Origin: Vicinamibacterales bacterium
Lineage (GTDB): Bacteria; Acidobacteriota; Vicinamibacteria; Vicinamibacterales; UBA8438
Assembly (NCBI GenBank): GCA_965206285.1
Contig: OZ242205.1
Location: 2,067,431 to 2,131,430 of the forward strand
Reading direction: 5' to 3'
Length of the DNA: 64,000 nt
In this document: positions 21,105 to 31,501 of the stretch, piece after piece
How positions within the stretch are numbered: position 1 is the stretch's first letter
How the letters are laid out: every line of letters starts with the position of its first letter
Position numbers and translations under genes: made by a program
Notes under the pieces: model-generated
What the model saw: only the letters and a program-made list of their open reading frames with translations
Databases searched by the model: none
What the model was told of the DNA's origin: nothing

Positions 21105-21351
21105 ATCCCGAAGGTCAGCCCGCTAGTCGCGAGCACGATGCCGACCATCCAGCGGCGATTGGAATCGAGAGCCGCGTGTCGAGGGCCGTAATCTCCGTCC
21201 GCACCTCAGCGAGCCCGGCCGTGAACTGGTCGGACATGACTTGGTCGCCGTGTTTCGCAGCCTGCCGTACCGCATCCGTGATGGCATCGGCTTGGGCCGG
21301 CGTGAACTCGGCGTCGGTCAGCGCGCGGGCGACGGCGTGCGTGTCCCAGCA
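21105..21351 (-). pseudogene. DUF1640-like paralog, degenerate
   Basis: DTHAVARALTDAEFTPAQADAITDAVR, frameshifted before the membrane anchor. Confidence 0.65.
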
Positions 21352-21857
21352 TGCCCCCCAATTATCGCCGAAGACGCCGCCACCGAAGGGCGGCAACTGC
21401 GACGCCGACGACGAGTTGACCGGCCGGGTGCCCGTGGCGGCCGGCCACGGCCGCAGGAGACGGCGGCGGCGCGGAGACGGTTGCCGCTCGCGGGCGACTT
21501 GGGCGAGCGGCCGGGCCGGTCACCCCGAACGTCGGTGCCTGTCCCCCCGGCCATGGCGACCGAACGAGCCAAGCGTGGACGCGGCGGTGTCAGGAGTTAG
21601 CCGCGCCGGCGCGGGGAAGTCCGACGGTCAAGCCCGCGGCCGCGGGCGACCGCGTTGTCGTCGCCGCTCCGGGACCACCCGAGCCGCGACGACCTGCAGG
21701 CCGACGGCTTGGGACAGTCGCGCCCGTCGCCCCGCGAGCCTGCGCGGAAGTCGTGCCCGCCGGGACCGCCGATCGCGGCTGATACGCTGAGCGGCGTGTC
21801 GGTGGTCACGGTCCCGACTGCGGGGGCAGTCCGTGAGTCCACCACCCCGTCTGCCAC

Positions 21858-21886
21858 TTGACCTGGTGTAGCCAGATGGCTACACA
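21858..21886 (+). promoter_or_regulatory. Putative promoter and palindromic operator of the addiction module
   Basis: TTGACC at 21858. Perfect inverted repeat GTGTAGCCA-ga-TGGCTACAC (21866-21885) immediately before the ATG. Confidence 0.6.
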
Positions 21887-22234
21887 ATGAATCGAGTGAT
21901 CAGGATTGTCCGCTACGTCACGGCGGACGGCACGGACGCGTTCGATACGTGGTTCCGGCTCCAGAGCGCCGAGGTCCGCGCCCGTGTCCAGACGCGTCTC
22001 GACCCTGTCGAGCTGGGCAGTTTCGGGGACCACCGCGGAATCGGCAAGGGCGTATTCGAGTTGCGGATCAACAGAGGCCCCGGCTACCGCGTCTACTACG
22101 GCCGGGACGGAGAGGACCTCGTCGTCCTGTTGGCCGGCGGAACCAAGAAGCGTCAAACGCACGACATCCAAACGGCGCACGCCCTCTGGAAGGCATACAG
22201 ACAGGAGAAGCGGCATGCCCGTCAGAGCCCATGA
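21887..22234 (+). CDS. RelE/HigB-superfamily addiction-module toxin
   Basis: GSFGDHRGIGKGVFELRINRGPGYRVYY...LLAGGTK. Confidence 0.85.
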   Translation: MNRVIRIVRYVTADGTDAFDTWFRLQSAEVRARVQTRLDPVELGSFGDHRGIGKGVFELRINRGPGYRVYYGRDGEDLVVLLAGGTKKRQTHDIQTAHALWKAYRQEKRHARQSP

Positions 22235-22514
22235 GGCCAGCGAGTATCTCCGGACACCGGAGGACGTCGCGGCGTACCTCAACGCGGCGATCGAGGAGTC
22301 CGACGGCGACCCGCGACTGTTGATGAAGGCGTTTCGCAACGTCGCGGCAACCCAGGGGGGTGTTTCCACCATCGCTCGGAGAGCCGAGGTCGACCGCGTG
22401 GCCCTCTCCCGCGGCCTCTCGGGAAACCGGGACCCTCGATTGGGGACGGTGACGAAGATCGCGGCGGCGTGCGGCGTGTCGCTACGGTTCGTGCAGCGGG
22501 AGGCCACCAAATAG
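22215..22514 (+). CDS. Addiction-module antidote, HTH/XRE
   Basis: EYLRTPEDVAAYLNAA...GNRDPRLGTVTKIA. AGGAG upstream. Overlaps the toxin gene. Confidence 0.85.
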   Translation: MPVRAHEASEYLRTPEDVAAYLNAAIEESDGDPRLLMKAFRNVAATQGGVSTIARRAEVDRVALSRGLSGNRDPRLGTVTKIAAACGVSLRFVQREATK

Positions 22515-22699
22515 TGCGGCACGGTGCGGCGGCGATGGCGAGGCGCGCGTCGCGCTGGGGCCAGCAGGTCGTGGAGGCCGTGTACTCGGAGGCTGGCCCG
22601 GACGTGACACCGGGGTTGATGATCGGCCCGGTGAACGGTGTCGAGCCGACGGCTGATCTTGGGCTTGATATCGGTCACCGGGCACTCCAAGGCTCGGCG

Positions 22700-22786
22700 G
22701 CAGCACCCAGGCTGAGAACCCTCCGCTCGTGCGCCGCCAGAATCCGACAGACGTCACGGCCAGTAAAGAACACGCAGCCTACCCAA
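22700..22786 (-). pseudogene. HicA toxin 5' remnant
   Basis: GRLRVL / GRDVCRILAAH split by a frameshift, directly after hicB. Confidence 0.45.
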
Positions 22787-22982
22787 CCGCCACCTCGACC
22801 TGCATCAGGTGGACTTCGTCGCGCAGGCGGCCCTCGATTTCCTCCACGGAGGCTGTCTCGAAGAACAGCGTGAGCGCTCCCTCCAGGTTGTCTCTTGCCT
22901 CGGCGACGGTATCTCCCTGGCTGACGACATCCACTTCCGGGCAGAGGGCGACGTAACCGTCGCCCTCACGCTCGATGATCAC
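22779..22982 (-). CDS. hicB: HicB-family antitoxin
   Basis: IIEREGDGYVALCPEVDVVSQGDTVAEARDNLEGAL. Confidence 0.8.
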   Translation of the reverse strand: MIIEREGDGYVALCPEVDVVSQGDTVAEARDNLEGALTLFFETASVEEIEGRLRDEVHLMQVEVAVG

Positions 22983-23416
22983 CGGAACTCTTCACCCTCC
23001 TCAACGGCGAGCGCCTCGGCCACGTCGTCGAGGCTGCCGGCCAGACACCGGCCGAGATCTTCGCGGCGATCCAGACGGCCCAGAAGACGCGGGTGACCTG
23101 GCCTCAAGACGATGAGATCGCCGCCCGCGTCGCCACAGCGGCGACGGCGCCGAAGGGCGGTGTGCAGTAACGGGTGGGAACCGCTGCGCGGCGACGGTCG
23201 CCGCCGACGGATCGGATCGCCGAACTCAATGTCACAGCTCACGGTGGAACCACCGAACGGCCTTCGCGGCCGTGTGGTCGTCGACCCCGAAGTGTTCCGC
23301 AATCGCCCGGAACGGCCGACCGGACCGACGTATAAATCCGCCTGACTCCCTTGTCAGCAGTGACTTACAACCGTCGTCAACTGACGACGGCAAGCGAACC
23401 GGAGCATAATGGCGAG

Positions 23417-23863
23417 GTGACCCAGACCGCTGCCGCCACAAGCACGCCGCACCGGAGCGCGCGGCGCCCCGAAAACCCAACGGGGTTCGAGGCCAAGTGC
23501 CGCGCGGTAACCGAGGCGATGAAACGGATCGGTACGAGGCTCCGAATCGCCCTCGCGGCGGACGGCAACGCCGAACCTTTCCTGATCCACGCGAGGTACG
23601 AGATCAACAGCCGGATGCACGTCTATCGGCAAGCCGAAACCGAAACGGCGATCACCGACGCACTTAAGGCCACAGGCTCAACCTGCCGGGAGTTCCTGGA
23701 CGAGGCGGCCGAAACCGGACAGCGTCTAGCGACGCCCCGGACGCCGCTCCCGGTCGTCTGGGACGAGCCAACCCTCGTAATCGCCGGAATTGCCGCCGGC
23801 ACGGTCGTCCAGTGGCGGCAACGTCGGGACAAGGGCAACGACCCTCTGGGAGCGGGACCGTGA
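23417..23863 (+). CDS. Hypothetical protein, possibly a degenerate DUF6036 paralog
   Basis: Stop overlaps the next GTG (GTGA). Weak by-eye similarity to 17098-17673. Start uncertain. Confidence 0.5.
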   Translation: MTQTAAATSTPHRSARRPENPTGFEAKCRAVTEAMKRIGTRLRIALAADGNAEPFLIHARYEINSRMHVYRQAETETAITDALKATGSTCREFLDEAAETGQRLATPRTPLPVVWDEPTLVIAGIAAGTVVQWRQRRDKGNDPLGAGP

Positions 23864-24315
23864 CCGGTGAACGGTTGCTGGCCCGGATCGACGGACGCTG
23901 GCTCGCCGACGACATGGTCGATCCGGACACGTACGCCAAGGGCGTCGACGACGGCTGGAACGACGTCGAGCTGTACCGGCTGATCGTGCGGCAGCTGCAG
24001 CGCAGCTTCCACTCGGGCACCGAGGCCGACCGACGAACGATGCTCGCAAACCGACCTCACCTGACCGGCACGAAGTGGGACGCGGCCATGGCGGCCGTCA
24101 TCGAACACATCGCCCGGGTCCACGGCTACGAGCCGCCGACCTGGGTAAACGAGCCCGAGCGGTTCCTGGACAAGCCAGTGAAGCTGACCAAACTCAAGAC
24201 CGACAGCGACTCCGCCTGGCAGCCGGGCGCATTCTTGCGACACGGCGTGAGCGTCGACAGCCGGGACCTAGACTGGAGAACGGGAGATGGCCGGCACTGG
24301 ACCGCTGAACTCTGA
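23860..24315 (+). CDS. Hypothetical partner of DUF6036 nucleotidyltransferase (copy 2)
   Basis: TGTKWDAAMAAVIEHIA...PTWVNEPERFLD...PGAFLRHG. Confidence 0.65.
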   Translation: MTGERLLARIDGRWLADDMVDPDTYAKGVDDGWNDVELYRLIVRQLQRSFHSGTEADRRTMLANRPHLTGTKWDAAMAAVIEHIARVHGYEPPTWVNEPERFLDKPVKLTKLKTDSDSAWQPGAFLRHGVSVDSRDLDWRTGDGRHWTAEL

Positions 24316-25009
24316 GAACATCACCGGACTCCTCGAAGACCTCGACAAGGCCCTCGACGAAGTCGGCGGACGAGCAGAACTCTACCTGGCCGGAGGCGCC
24401 CGGATGCTGTTCGGGTGGCGCACGGACAGACACACGAGCGACCTCGACGGCGTCATGCGCACCGGCCAGACCGTACTGATGACGACGGCGATGCGGATGA
24501 GCCACCGGCACGGCCTCGAGCCGACGTGGGTAAACCCGGCCATCAACTACTTCGTCCCAGCAAAGCCCGACCCAGGCGAAACGACGCTGTACAGCGGAAA
24601 GGCGCTGACGGTCAAAGGCGCCTCGATCGAGCACATGCTGGCGATGAAGATCCGAGGTCACCGGGACATCGACCTCGACGACGCGGAGGTGCTGATCCGC
24701 CGGCTGAAGCTGACCAGCACGCGGGCGATCCAGCGAATGGCCGACGACGCCTACGAGGGCCACAGCGGCGACAACCGCAGGATGATCCGGGAAGGGCTAA
24801 AGCGAATCGCCGAAACGATGCCCGACCTGATCGTCAACCACCTCGCCAGCGAACACCCACGACCCCTGCGGGCGCCGACGCTCCACCAAGCCAACCGCGA
24901 CCCCAGCGCGAAAAACGCGCCGACGCCGAAACGGCCGTCGACCCAAACCCCGGGACCCGGGCAGGACACGGGCAAGACGCCAAAGCGAAACATCTACTAC
25001 CCTCAGTAG
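24287..25009 (+). CDS. DUF6036-like nucleotidyltransferase (copy 2)
   Basis: LYLAGGARM, HTSDLDG, WVN, MLAMKI, RDIDLDD. Low-complexity tail. Confidence 0.75.
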   Translation: MAGTGPLNSENITGLLEDLDKALDEVGGRAELYLAGGARMLFGWRTDRHTSDLDGVMRTGQTVLMTTAMRMSHRHGLEPTWVNPAINYFVPAKPDPGETTLYSGKALTVKGASIEHMLAMKIRGHRDIDLDDAEVLIRRLKLTSTRAIQRMADDAYEGHSGDNRRMIREGLKRIAETMPDLIVNHLASEHPRPLRAPTLHQANRDPSAKNAPTPKRPSTQTPGPGQDTGKTPKRNIYYPQ

Positions 25010-25606
25010 CGTCGAACCCGCCAACGCGAGAAGATCGCGAGCGACACGGGCGCAGCCGGGACGTCGGATCAGTGACGGTGGTCGACCTCGAGGCGGACGC
25101 GCTGCGGCGGGAATCGGAGCTGCCGAAGTCGACGGTTGGAACAGCTGATTTCGCCGCACGGAACGACGTCACAGCTCACTGTGAAACCACCGAACGGCCT
25201 TCGCGGCCGTGTGATCATCACCCACGAAGCGGCTCACCGCGATCGGTCCTCGTCCTCGCCGACGTGAACACACTGCTGCCGCCGGCACCTGCTCCACCTT
25301 CGGCTCACGCCACGGCGCAGCCACGCCGGCATGCGGCCCCAGGACTCGCGCAGAACCGCGTCCCGCACACGACGGCTCTCACCGCGGAACATTTCAACCT
25401 GCTTGACCGCATCTGCAGCCCCGTAGTAACGTCGCGGCCGACCAGGAAGTGGTTTTCAACCGCTTCATCGACCCCGAAGTGCTCAGCGATCGCTCAAGGC
25501 GAGCGGGTGGAGCACAAACACACGCTGAACGAGCTTTGGGACGGCGTCGAAGCGCGAGGCGAACAAATCACCGCAACACGGGACCGCAAGGCGCTGAAAG
25601 CGCTAA

Positions 25607-26366
25607 CCTGCATTATTCATGAGGGTCGAGAATCAGGCACCGACGGGGCTTGTTGACCGCGAGCGGAGCCTCTCGGACGTGGCAGCGGGCGCGGCAGGGG
25701 GCGTAGAGTGGCCCTTCCCGGCGCCGGGCAGTCGCGGAGGCCAGGTTGGGGGAGAGTTCTGCCGGGACGGCGGTGCCGCCCGGGACCGAGACGTGCGCCG
25801 AGCCCCGCGGGGCGCTGACTACTGACCCGCGCGGGCGCCGAGCGCGAGCGCGATGCGCCGCCACGCGTGGAGATGGGGCGTCGCCCGTGGTAGATGCAGG
25901 ACGATGCGGCGCGCGGAGCCGACGACATGCACCCCCAGCTTCAGCAGCCGGTCGCGCAGCCACGTCACTTGGGTGCGGGCACAGCCGGTCCGCGCCGCCC
26001 GCAGCCGCAGCTCTTGCATGAGTACGTAGGCCGCCGCGGTCAGCAACACGCGCAACTGGTTCGCCAGGAACTTGCAGCAGCTCGTGCGGTCGATCTGCAG
26101 GCCGTCCAGCAACTCCTTGATCCGGTTCTCGATGTCCCCGCGGGCGCAGTAGACCCACTCGTAGACGAAGCGCGAGCTCCGCAAGAGATTCGTCACGACG
26201 AAGCGCGGATTGTCCCGCGGCTCGCGACCCTTGAGCCGGACCACTTCCGCCTTGATCACGACCCGGCGTTGGTGGCCCCACGTGCCGGCCGCGTAGCGGG
26301 TGTCGGTATAGACGTGCTCGGTTCGGCCACTGGCCTCGCTCTGCGCGCGGGCCACGGCCATCGCGG
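25607..26366 (-). mobile_element. IS1380-family remnant (transposase C-terminus 25819-26366 plus terminal repeat)
   Basis: RRVVIKAE, PRFVVTNL, YCARGDIENRIKE. End motif cctgcattattcatgag at 25607. Cut by the ISKra4 left end. Confidence 0.8.
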
Positions 26367-26603
26367 ATGGGTGTGGCTCTTCTTCGTAGAGCGCTTTTTC
26401 GCCTATTTGTAGGCGTTTTTGCTCGCTGACGGTCCCTCTTCGGTGCGCCTTGGGCGGGGACAGCGCTCCCACCCGCCGGTTTTCGGGCGGCCAGCCCGAC
26501 CTGATCACGGCGCCGGGGCGCTCGGTCTGTCCCCTCCGGCGCCCCCCCTGGACATTCGCGCGGCGTTTTGCTACGGTGTCGTGGGAAGGGAGAAGCCTCT
26601 GCG

Positions 26604-27486
26604 ATGGCCGTGGCGACGACGACGTTCTCGGGACGGGCCTTCAGCGTACGAGAGGTGACCCTGATCCGCGAGATTGTGCGTGACTGTGCGGGCTTGAGCC
26701 GGATGGAGCTGGCGCGCACCGTGTGCGAGCTGTTGCGGTGGCGGCGCCCGAACGGGAGGCTGAAGGCTCGGGAGTGCCGCGAGTTCCTGGAGCGGCTCGA
26801 CGCGGGCGGTGCGCTGGTGCTGCCGGACAAGCGGCGGGGCCGTGCGACCGGCTCCGTCACCCGCGTGCCCCGGACGGCGGCGGGAGAGCCGGGGCGCCCG
26901 CTCGTCGGCAGCGTGCGCGATGTCGAGCCGCTGCGGGTCGAGCGGGTGCGCGAGCCCGCCCAGCGCCTGCTGTTCCGGGAGCTGGTGGGGCGCTACCACT
27001 ACCTCGGGCACACGGTCCCCTTCGGCGCCCACCTGCGCTATCTGGTGTTTGCGTCGAGGCCGGCCCTGGCGGTGGTCGGCTGCCTGCAGTTCTCCAGCCC
27101 GGCGTGGCGCATGGCGGTCCGGGACGGCTGGATCGGCTGGGACGACGCGACTCGGGCGCGGAATCTCCAGCGCGTGGTCAACAACCCTGTTGCTGCCGTG
27201 GGTCGCGGTGAGGAACCTCGCCAGCGCGGTGCTGGCGCGCGGCCTCGGGCAGTTGGTAGTGGACTGGCCGCGCCACTACAAGCTCGAGCCCTGGCTGGTG
27301 GAGACGCTGGTGGACCCCCGCCGCCACCACGGGGGTTGCTACCGCGCCGCCAACTGGGTCGCGTTGGGCGCCACCAGCGGTCGAGGTCGGATGGACCGGT
27401 ACGGCCGCCGCGCCGGCGAGGCGCCCAAGACGGTCCTGGTTTATCCTGTGGTCCGGGATGCGAAGCGGCGGTTGCGGGAGAGCTGA
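26604..27486 (+). pseudogene. DUF4338 (DruA-like) protein, frameshift near 27186
   Basis: RYHYLG, LRYLV, RDGWIGW, VVNN | LLLPWV.VRNLAS, LVETLVD, GCYRAANW. Confidence 0.8.
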
Positions 27487-27489
27487 GCG

Positions 27490-29082
27490 ATGCGAGCCGT
27501 CACCCCCCGCGTCGCTCGACCCGACCCGGCGCCGTATGCGGCGGCCGAGGTGGCCTTCGCCGAGGCCAAAGCGTACCTCTCTTCGCGCGAAGCACAGCAG
27601 ATGAGCGAGAGCGACCTCGAACGGGAGCTGCACCGGCGGGGCCAGGAGTTGATGCGCAAGCTCCTGCAAGGGCACCTCAAGCAACGCAGCCCGGGGGAGG
27701 CCGCCGGTCCGGTCGAGGGCGCCGACGGTGTCGAGCGCTCGGAGCGCCGGGTGCACGAACGCCACCTGGAGACGATCTTCGGCACGGTGCAGGTCGAGCG
27801 GGTGGGCTACGCGCGGGCTGGTCACGACAGTCTGCATCCGCTCGATGCCGCGCTCAACCTGCCGGGGGAGCGTTACTCGCTCGAGGTGCGGCGCCGGGTG
27901 GCGGCGGCGGCCGCCTCGCGGTCCTTCGACGAAGCGCTGCTCGATCTGTCTCGCAGCACCGGGGCGGAGGTGCCGAAGCGTCAGGCCGAACAGTTGGTGG
28001 TTCGCGCGGCTGAGGACTTCGACGCCTTCTACGAGGCGCGCCGTGCGGCGGATGGCGAGCCGCCGCCCGAGGGGTCGGTGGTCGTGCTGACCTTCGACGG
28101 CAAGGGCGTGGTGCTGCATCGCGAGGACCTGCGCGAGGCGACGCGGAAGGCGGCCGAGAGGCGCCAGCGGCACCGGGAGCCGCTCTCCCGGTTCCACCGC
28201 CTCAAGCCGGGAGAGAAGAAGCACTCGAAGCGCATGGCGACGGTGGCCGCCGTCTACACGACGGCGCCGTTCGTGCGGAGCCCGGAGGACTTCCTGGAGA
28301 GCTTGATGCCCCGACAGCCGGGAGACAAGCCCCGGGCCGTGCGGCCCCGCCCGGTGGCGAAACGGGTCTGGGCGAGTCTCGAACGGGAGCCGTGGGAGGT
28401 GGTCGCGGAGGCGACGCTGGAAGCGGAGCGCCAGGACCCCGAGCACGCCAAGCGCTGGGTCGTGCTCGTCGACGGGGCCGAGCCGCAGCTCGACCTCGTG
28501 GAAGCGGGCGCCGCCGCCTACGGCGTGGACGTCACGGTGATCCTCGACATCATCCACGTGGTCGAGTATGTCTGGAAGGCGGGGCGGGTGTTCCATCGCG
28601 AGGGGAGCCCCGAGCTGACTCACTGGGCCTGGACGCGCGTGCGGAGCATTCTCGAAGGCAAGGCGACCCGGGTGGCGGCGTCGATGCGGCGTGCGGCGAC
28701 CGTCGCCGGCTTCTCGAAGGACACCCGCAAGCCGGTCGACAAGTGCGCCGACTACCTGGTGAAATACGCGCCGTATCTGCACTACGACCGCTACCTCGCG
28801 GCGGGCTATCCCATCGCGACCGGGGTCATCGAAGGGGCGTGCCGGCACCTGGTCCGCGACCGGATGGAGCTGACCGGGGCCCGCTGGCGCCTGGTTGGCG
28901 CCGAGGCCGTCCTGAAGCTCCGGGCGCTACGAGCCAGCGGCGACTTCGATGCGTACTGGGACTTCCACGAAGCGCGGGAGTACGAGCGGAACCACGCCCA
29001 GCGCTACACGGATGGGACGGTACCGCCGGTCACCGAGCCGCCCCCACCGCCCTCCTCACCCCGCCTTCGACGGGTCAAGTAA
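27490..29082 (+). CDS. ISKra4-family transposase
   Basis: LHPLDAALNLP, TFDGKGV, LVDGAEPQ, LDIIHVVEYVW, GYPIATGVIEGACRHLVRDRM. Confidence 0.9.
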   Translation: MRAVTPRVARPDPAPYAAAEVAFAEAKAYLSSREAQQMSESDLERELHRRGQELMRKLLQGHLKQRSPGEAAGPVEGADGVERSERRVHERHLETIFGTVQVERVGYARAGHDSLHPLDAALNLPGERYSLEVRRRVAAAAASRSFDEALLDLSRSTGAEVPKRQAEQLVVRAAEDFDAFYEARRAADGEPPPEGSVVVLTFDGKGVVLHREDLREATRKAAERRQRHREPLSRFHRLKPGEKKHSKRMATVAAVYTTAPFVRSPEDFLESLMPRQPGDKPRAVRPRPVAKRVWASLEREPWEVVAEATLEAERQDPEHAKRWVVLVDGAEPQLDLVEAGAAAYGVDVTVILDIIHVVEYVWKAGRVFHREGSPELTHWAWTRVRSILEGKATRVAASMRRAATVAGFSKDTRKPVDKCADYLVKYAPYLHYDRYLAAGYPIATGVIEGACRHLVRDRMELTGARWRLVGAEAVLKLRALRASGDFDAYWDFHEAREYERNHAQRYTDGTVPPVTEPPPPPSSPRLRRVK

Positions 29083-29142
29083 CTCTTGCCATGCCGCTCG
29101 CCGAAACCCTCTGGGTGGCCGACGAAGAAGAGCCGCACCCAT

Positions 29143-30443
29143 ACGACTTCCGCTTCCTGACCAGTGCAGAGTCTTCTCGGCGGGATGCAACGCACTGCTG
29201 GTACCGCGTTGGTGACATCCTCAAAGCCGAAGACGCCGTGGACCTTAATGACTTCCTTGTCGATCGAGAACTCGGCACTCAAAAGGGTCCGTTCAGGGTC
29301 CTTGCCGCTCTCCACAAGGTAGTGCACACGGAGCCGGCGATCGCGTACTACCAGGAGGATGACCCGGATCTCGACAAGGTACTCGACATCTTCATCCGCA
29401 CCAACAGCGGCGGCACGCCGCTAAGCTATTCCGACATGCTCATGAGCATGGCCACGGCACAGTGGCAGAACTTGGATGCCCGTGAGGAGATCCACGGCAC
29501 AGTGGACGAAGTAAACCGCATCGGGGGCGGCTTCGGATTCTCCCAGGACTTCCTCCTGAAGGCCGGCCTGATGCTCGCCGGGGTGCGTAGCGTGCGGTTC
29601 AGGGTCACCAACTTCAATCGCGACAACATGGAGCTACTCGAAGATCGCTGGGAACCCGTCACTCGCGCGGTCCGAACGGCCGTGGAGTTGGTGGCAAGGT
29701 TCGGTTTCTCCAGCGCCAGCCTCAGCGCGAACAACGCGGTGCTGCCCATCGCGCACTATCTCTGTCTTCGAGACACGCCGGCCGGATTCCTCTCCCAAGC
29801 GGCGTACCGCCAAGATCGCGAGGCCATCCGCAGCTGGCTGACACGGTCCTTGCTCAAAAGGGGGATCTGGGGCAGCGGCCTGGATTCGCTGCTCACCGCC
29901 CTCAGGAGTGTCATCGATACACATGGCGCACACGAGTTTCCGTCCGCGCAATTGGAAGCGGCGATGCGAACCCGCGGCAAGAGCTTGACTTTCGAAGAAG
30001 AGGAACTCGAGGACCTCGTAGAATCTAGAGATCGTACGTTCGCGCTGCTGTCCCTCTTGTTCCCCTTCCTGGATCTCCAGAACAGCAGGTTCCACATCGA
30101 CCACGTATTTCCCAAGAGCCGGTTTTCGCTCAGACACCTCCGTCGCGCCGGCGTAGCCGCTGATGACATCCCAGAGTTCCAGGACCGCGCGGACCGGCTG
30201 CCCAATCTGCAACTGCTTGTCGGGGAGGAGAACGAGAGCAAGAGCGACAAGTTGCCGCAGCAATGGATCGCTGCCACCCTTTCTCCCGAAGCTGCGCGCG
30301 CGTACGTCGCTCGCCACGACCTCGGAGAGATTCCGGCGGACATGACGGGATTCAACGCCTTCTATGAAACCCGCCGGGGCCGTCTACTCCGCCGGCTGCG
30401 GCGGCTGCTCGGCTCCGACAGGCTGGAGCGCGACGCCTCGTAG
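29143..30443 (+). pseudogene. GmrSD-like (DUF262/DUF1524 HNH) restriction protein, N-terminus removed by IS
   Basis: IFIRTNSGGTPLS, FHIDHVFP, PNLQLL..EN..K. The DGQQR motif region is absent. Confidence 0.8.
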
Positions 30444-30716
30444 ACAGCCGCCAAGGATGGCTTGCACCGATGTCCGAGTTGACCTCCTCGATGCCCCGCA
30501 GCCGGAACGACGCGCTCAAGGCAGAACGCGCTACCCTCCTCGGCAACACCCGCGGCGACGAGTACCCCATCGACGCCCGGTACCACAACCGTGAGTTCGA
30601 CGGACTATGGACTTCCGCGTAGTCCATCAACTTGAATACCGCGGTATAATTTCCGTCGTTGGCGCCCAGAAGCTCGTGCGACCCGATGACTCGACCCGAG
30701 CGAACCTGACGAGACC

Positions 30717-31484
30717 ATGGCGGATGAATCTAGAATTCTGATCGAGCGCGCTTTCGCAAAGGCGCGAGAGTCAGGCCGACCGGACTGGCACCGGATGAGC
30801 GTGGCCGTTCTCAAGAATCGTCTCCTCGACCTGACCGAGCGCAACTTTCGAGAGACGGACTACGGTGCGTCGACATTCCTGGAGTTCGTCCGATCGCATG
30901 GCGATATCCTGGAAGTCGACACCACCACAACGCCAACCGTCGCGGCCTTGAAGGGCGTTGCTACCGAAGCGTCGCCGGGTTCTGGAGTCGGCTCCCCGCG
31001 AATCAGGGCCGACCTGTGGAGGGCCGTCTTGGACTTCTCCAGCGGAAACAAGTACGTCTGGGACCCTGTACAGGAGGTCGCGACCAGTGGCGATGTATCC
31101 GGACCTGAGATCCCGACCATAACGACCGACACGTTCAATGAATGGAAAAGAGCCTTTGCGAGCAAGGTAGACGATGCTACCGCAGACGATCGTCTCTCTG
31201 AATGGACGGAGCGTCGGTATCCTGCGAATTTTCTTCCGTCCCAGCTCCGGCAACGCTGGCTAGGTTACCTGAAGACGGAAGTGCGGAACCACTTGGTGGC
31301 TTGGTTCGATCAGCAGGGCCTGAGGCCACCGTCCGACCTCCTGGAGACCCCAAATCCGGGGGACATCGGGACACGCAGCGAGAACTTGCGGAAGCGACTC
31401 ATCGATTGTCTGCGCGCCATGACGCCAGAAGAGTTGGAGCGCGTACAGATCCCGGCGTCGGTTCTGCTGCGACTGAGACTCTAG
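30717..31484 (+). CDS. OST-HTH/LOTUS-domain protein with unknown C-terminal domain
   Basis: N-terminal LKNRLLDLTERNFRETDYGASTFLEFVRS matches the LOTUS F..xxYG.xxF pattern. Confidence 0.65.
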   Translation: MADESRILIERAFAKARESGRPDWHRMSVAVLKNRLLDLTERNFRETDYGASTFLEFVRSHGDILEVDTTTTPTVAALKGVATEASPGSGVGSPRIRADLWRAVLDFSSGNKYVWDPVQEVATSGDVSGPEIPTITTDTFNEWKRAFASKVDDATADDRLSEWTERRYPANFLPSQLRQRWLGYLKTEVRNHLVAWFDQQGLRPPSDLLETPNPGDIGTRSENLRKRLIDCLRAMTPEELERVQIPASVLLRLRL

Positions 31485-31501
31485 CTAGGGCTTGGGCTCA
31501 A

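Larger units (their letters stand above)
26367..29142 (+). mobile_element. ISKra4-family element with a DUF4338 passenger gene
   Basis: 21-bp terminal IRs atgggtg(t/c)ggctcttcttcgt (one mismatch) at 26367-26387 and 29122-29142. No flanking direct repeat. Confidence 0.85.

Noticed and set aside
17098..25009. CBASS/CD-NTase cyclases
   Set aside because: The motifs (GG..M, T.DxD, LAMK) fit DUF6036/AbiEii-like enzymes rather than the GS...DxD CD-NTase pattern, and no Cap effectors are present.
8224..25600. Integron cassette array
   Set aside because: There is no integrase, no recurring attC-like structure was seen, and gene orientations are mixed.
26604..27486. Druantia defence system
   Set aside because: Only a DUF4338 gene is present, it lies inside IS ends, and there is no DruE helicase.
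28392..30443. 683-aa ORF as a real gene
   Set aside because: The first ~230 aa are an alternative frame of the transposase. Only the part after the IS end is GmrSD-like.
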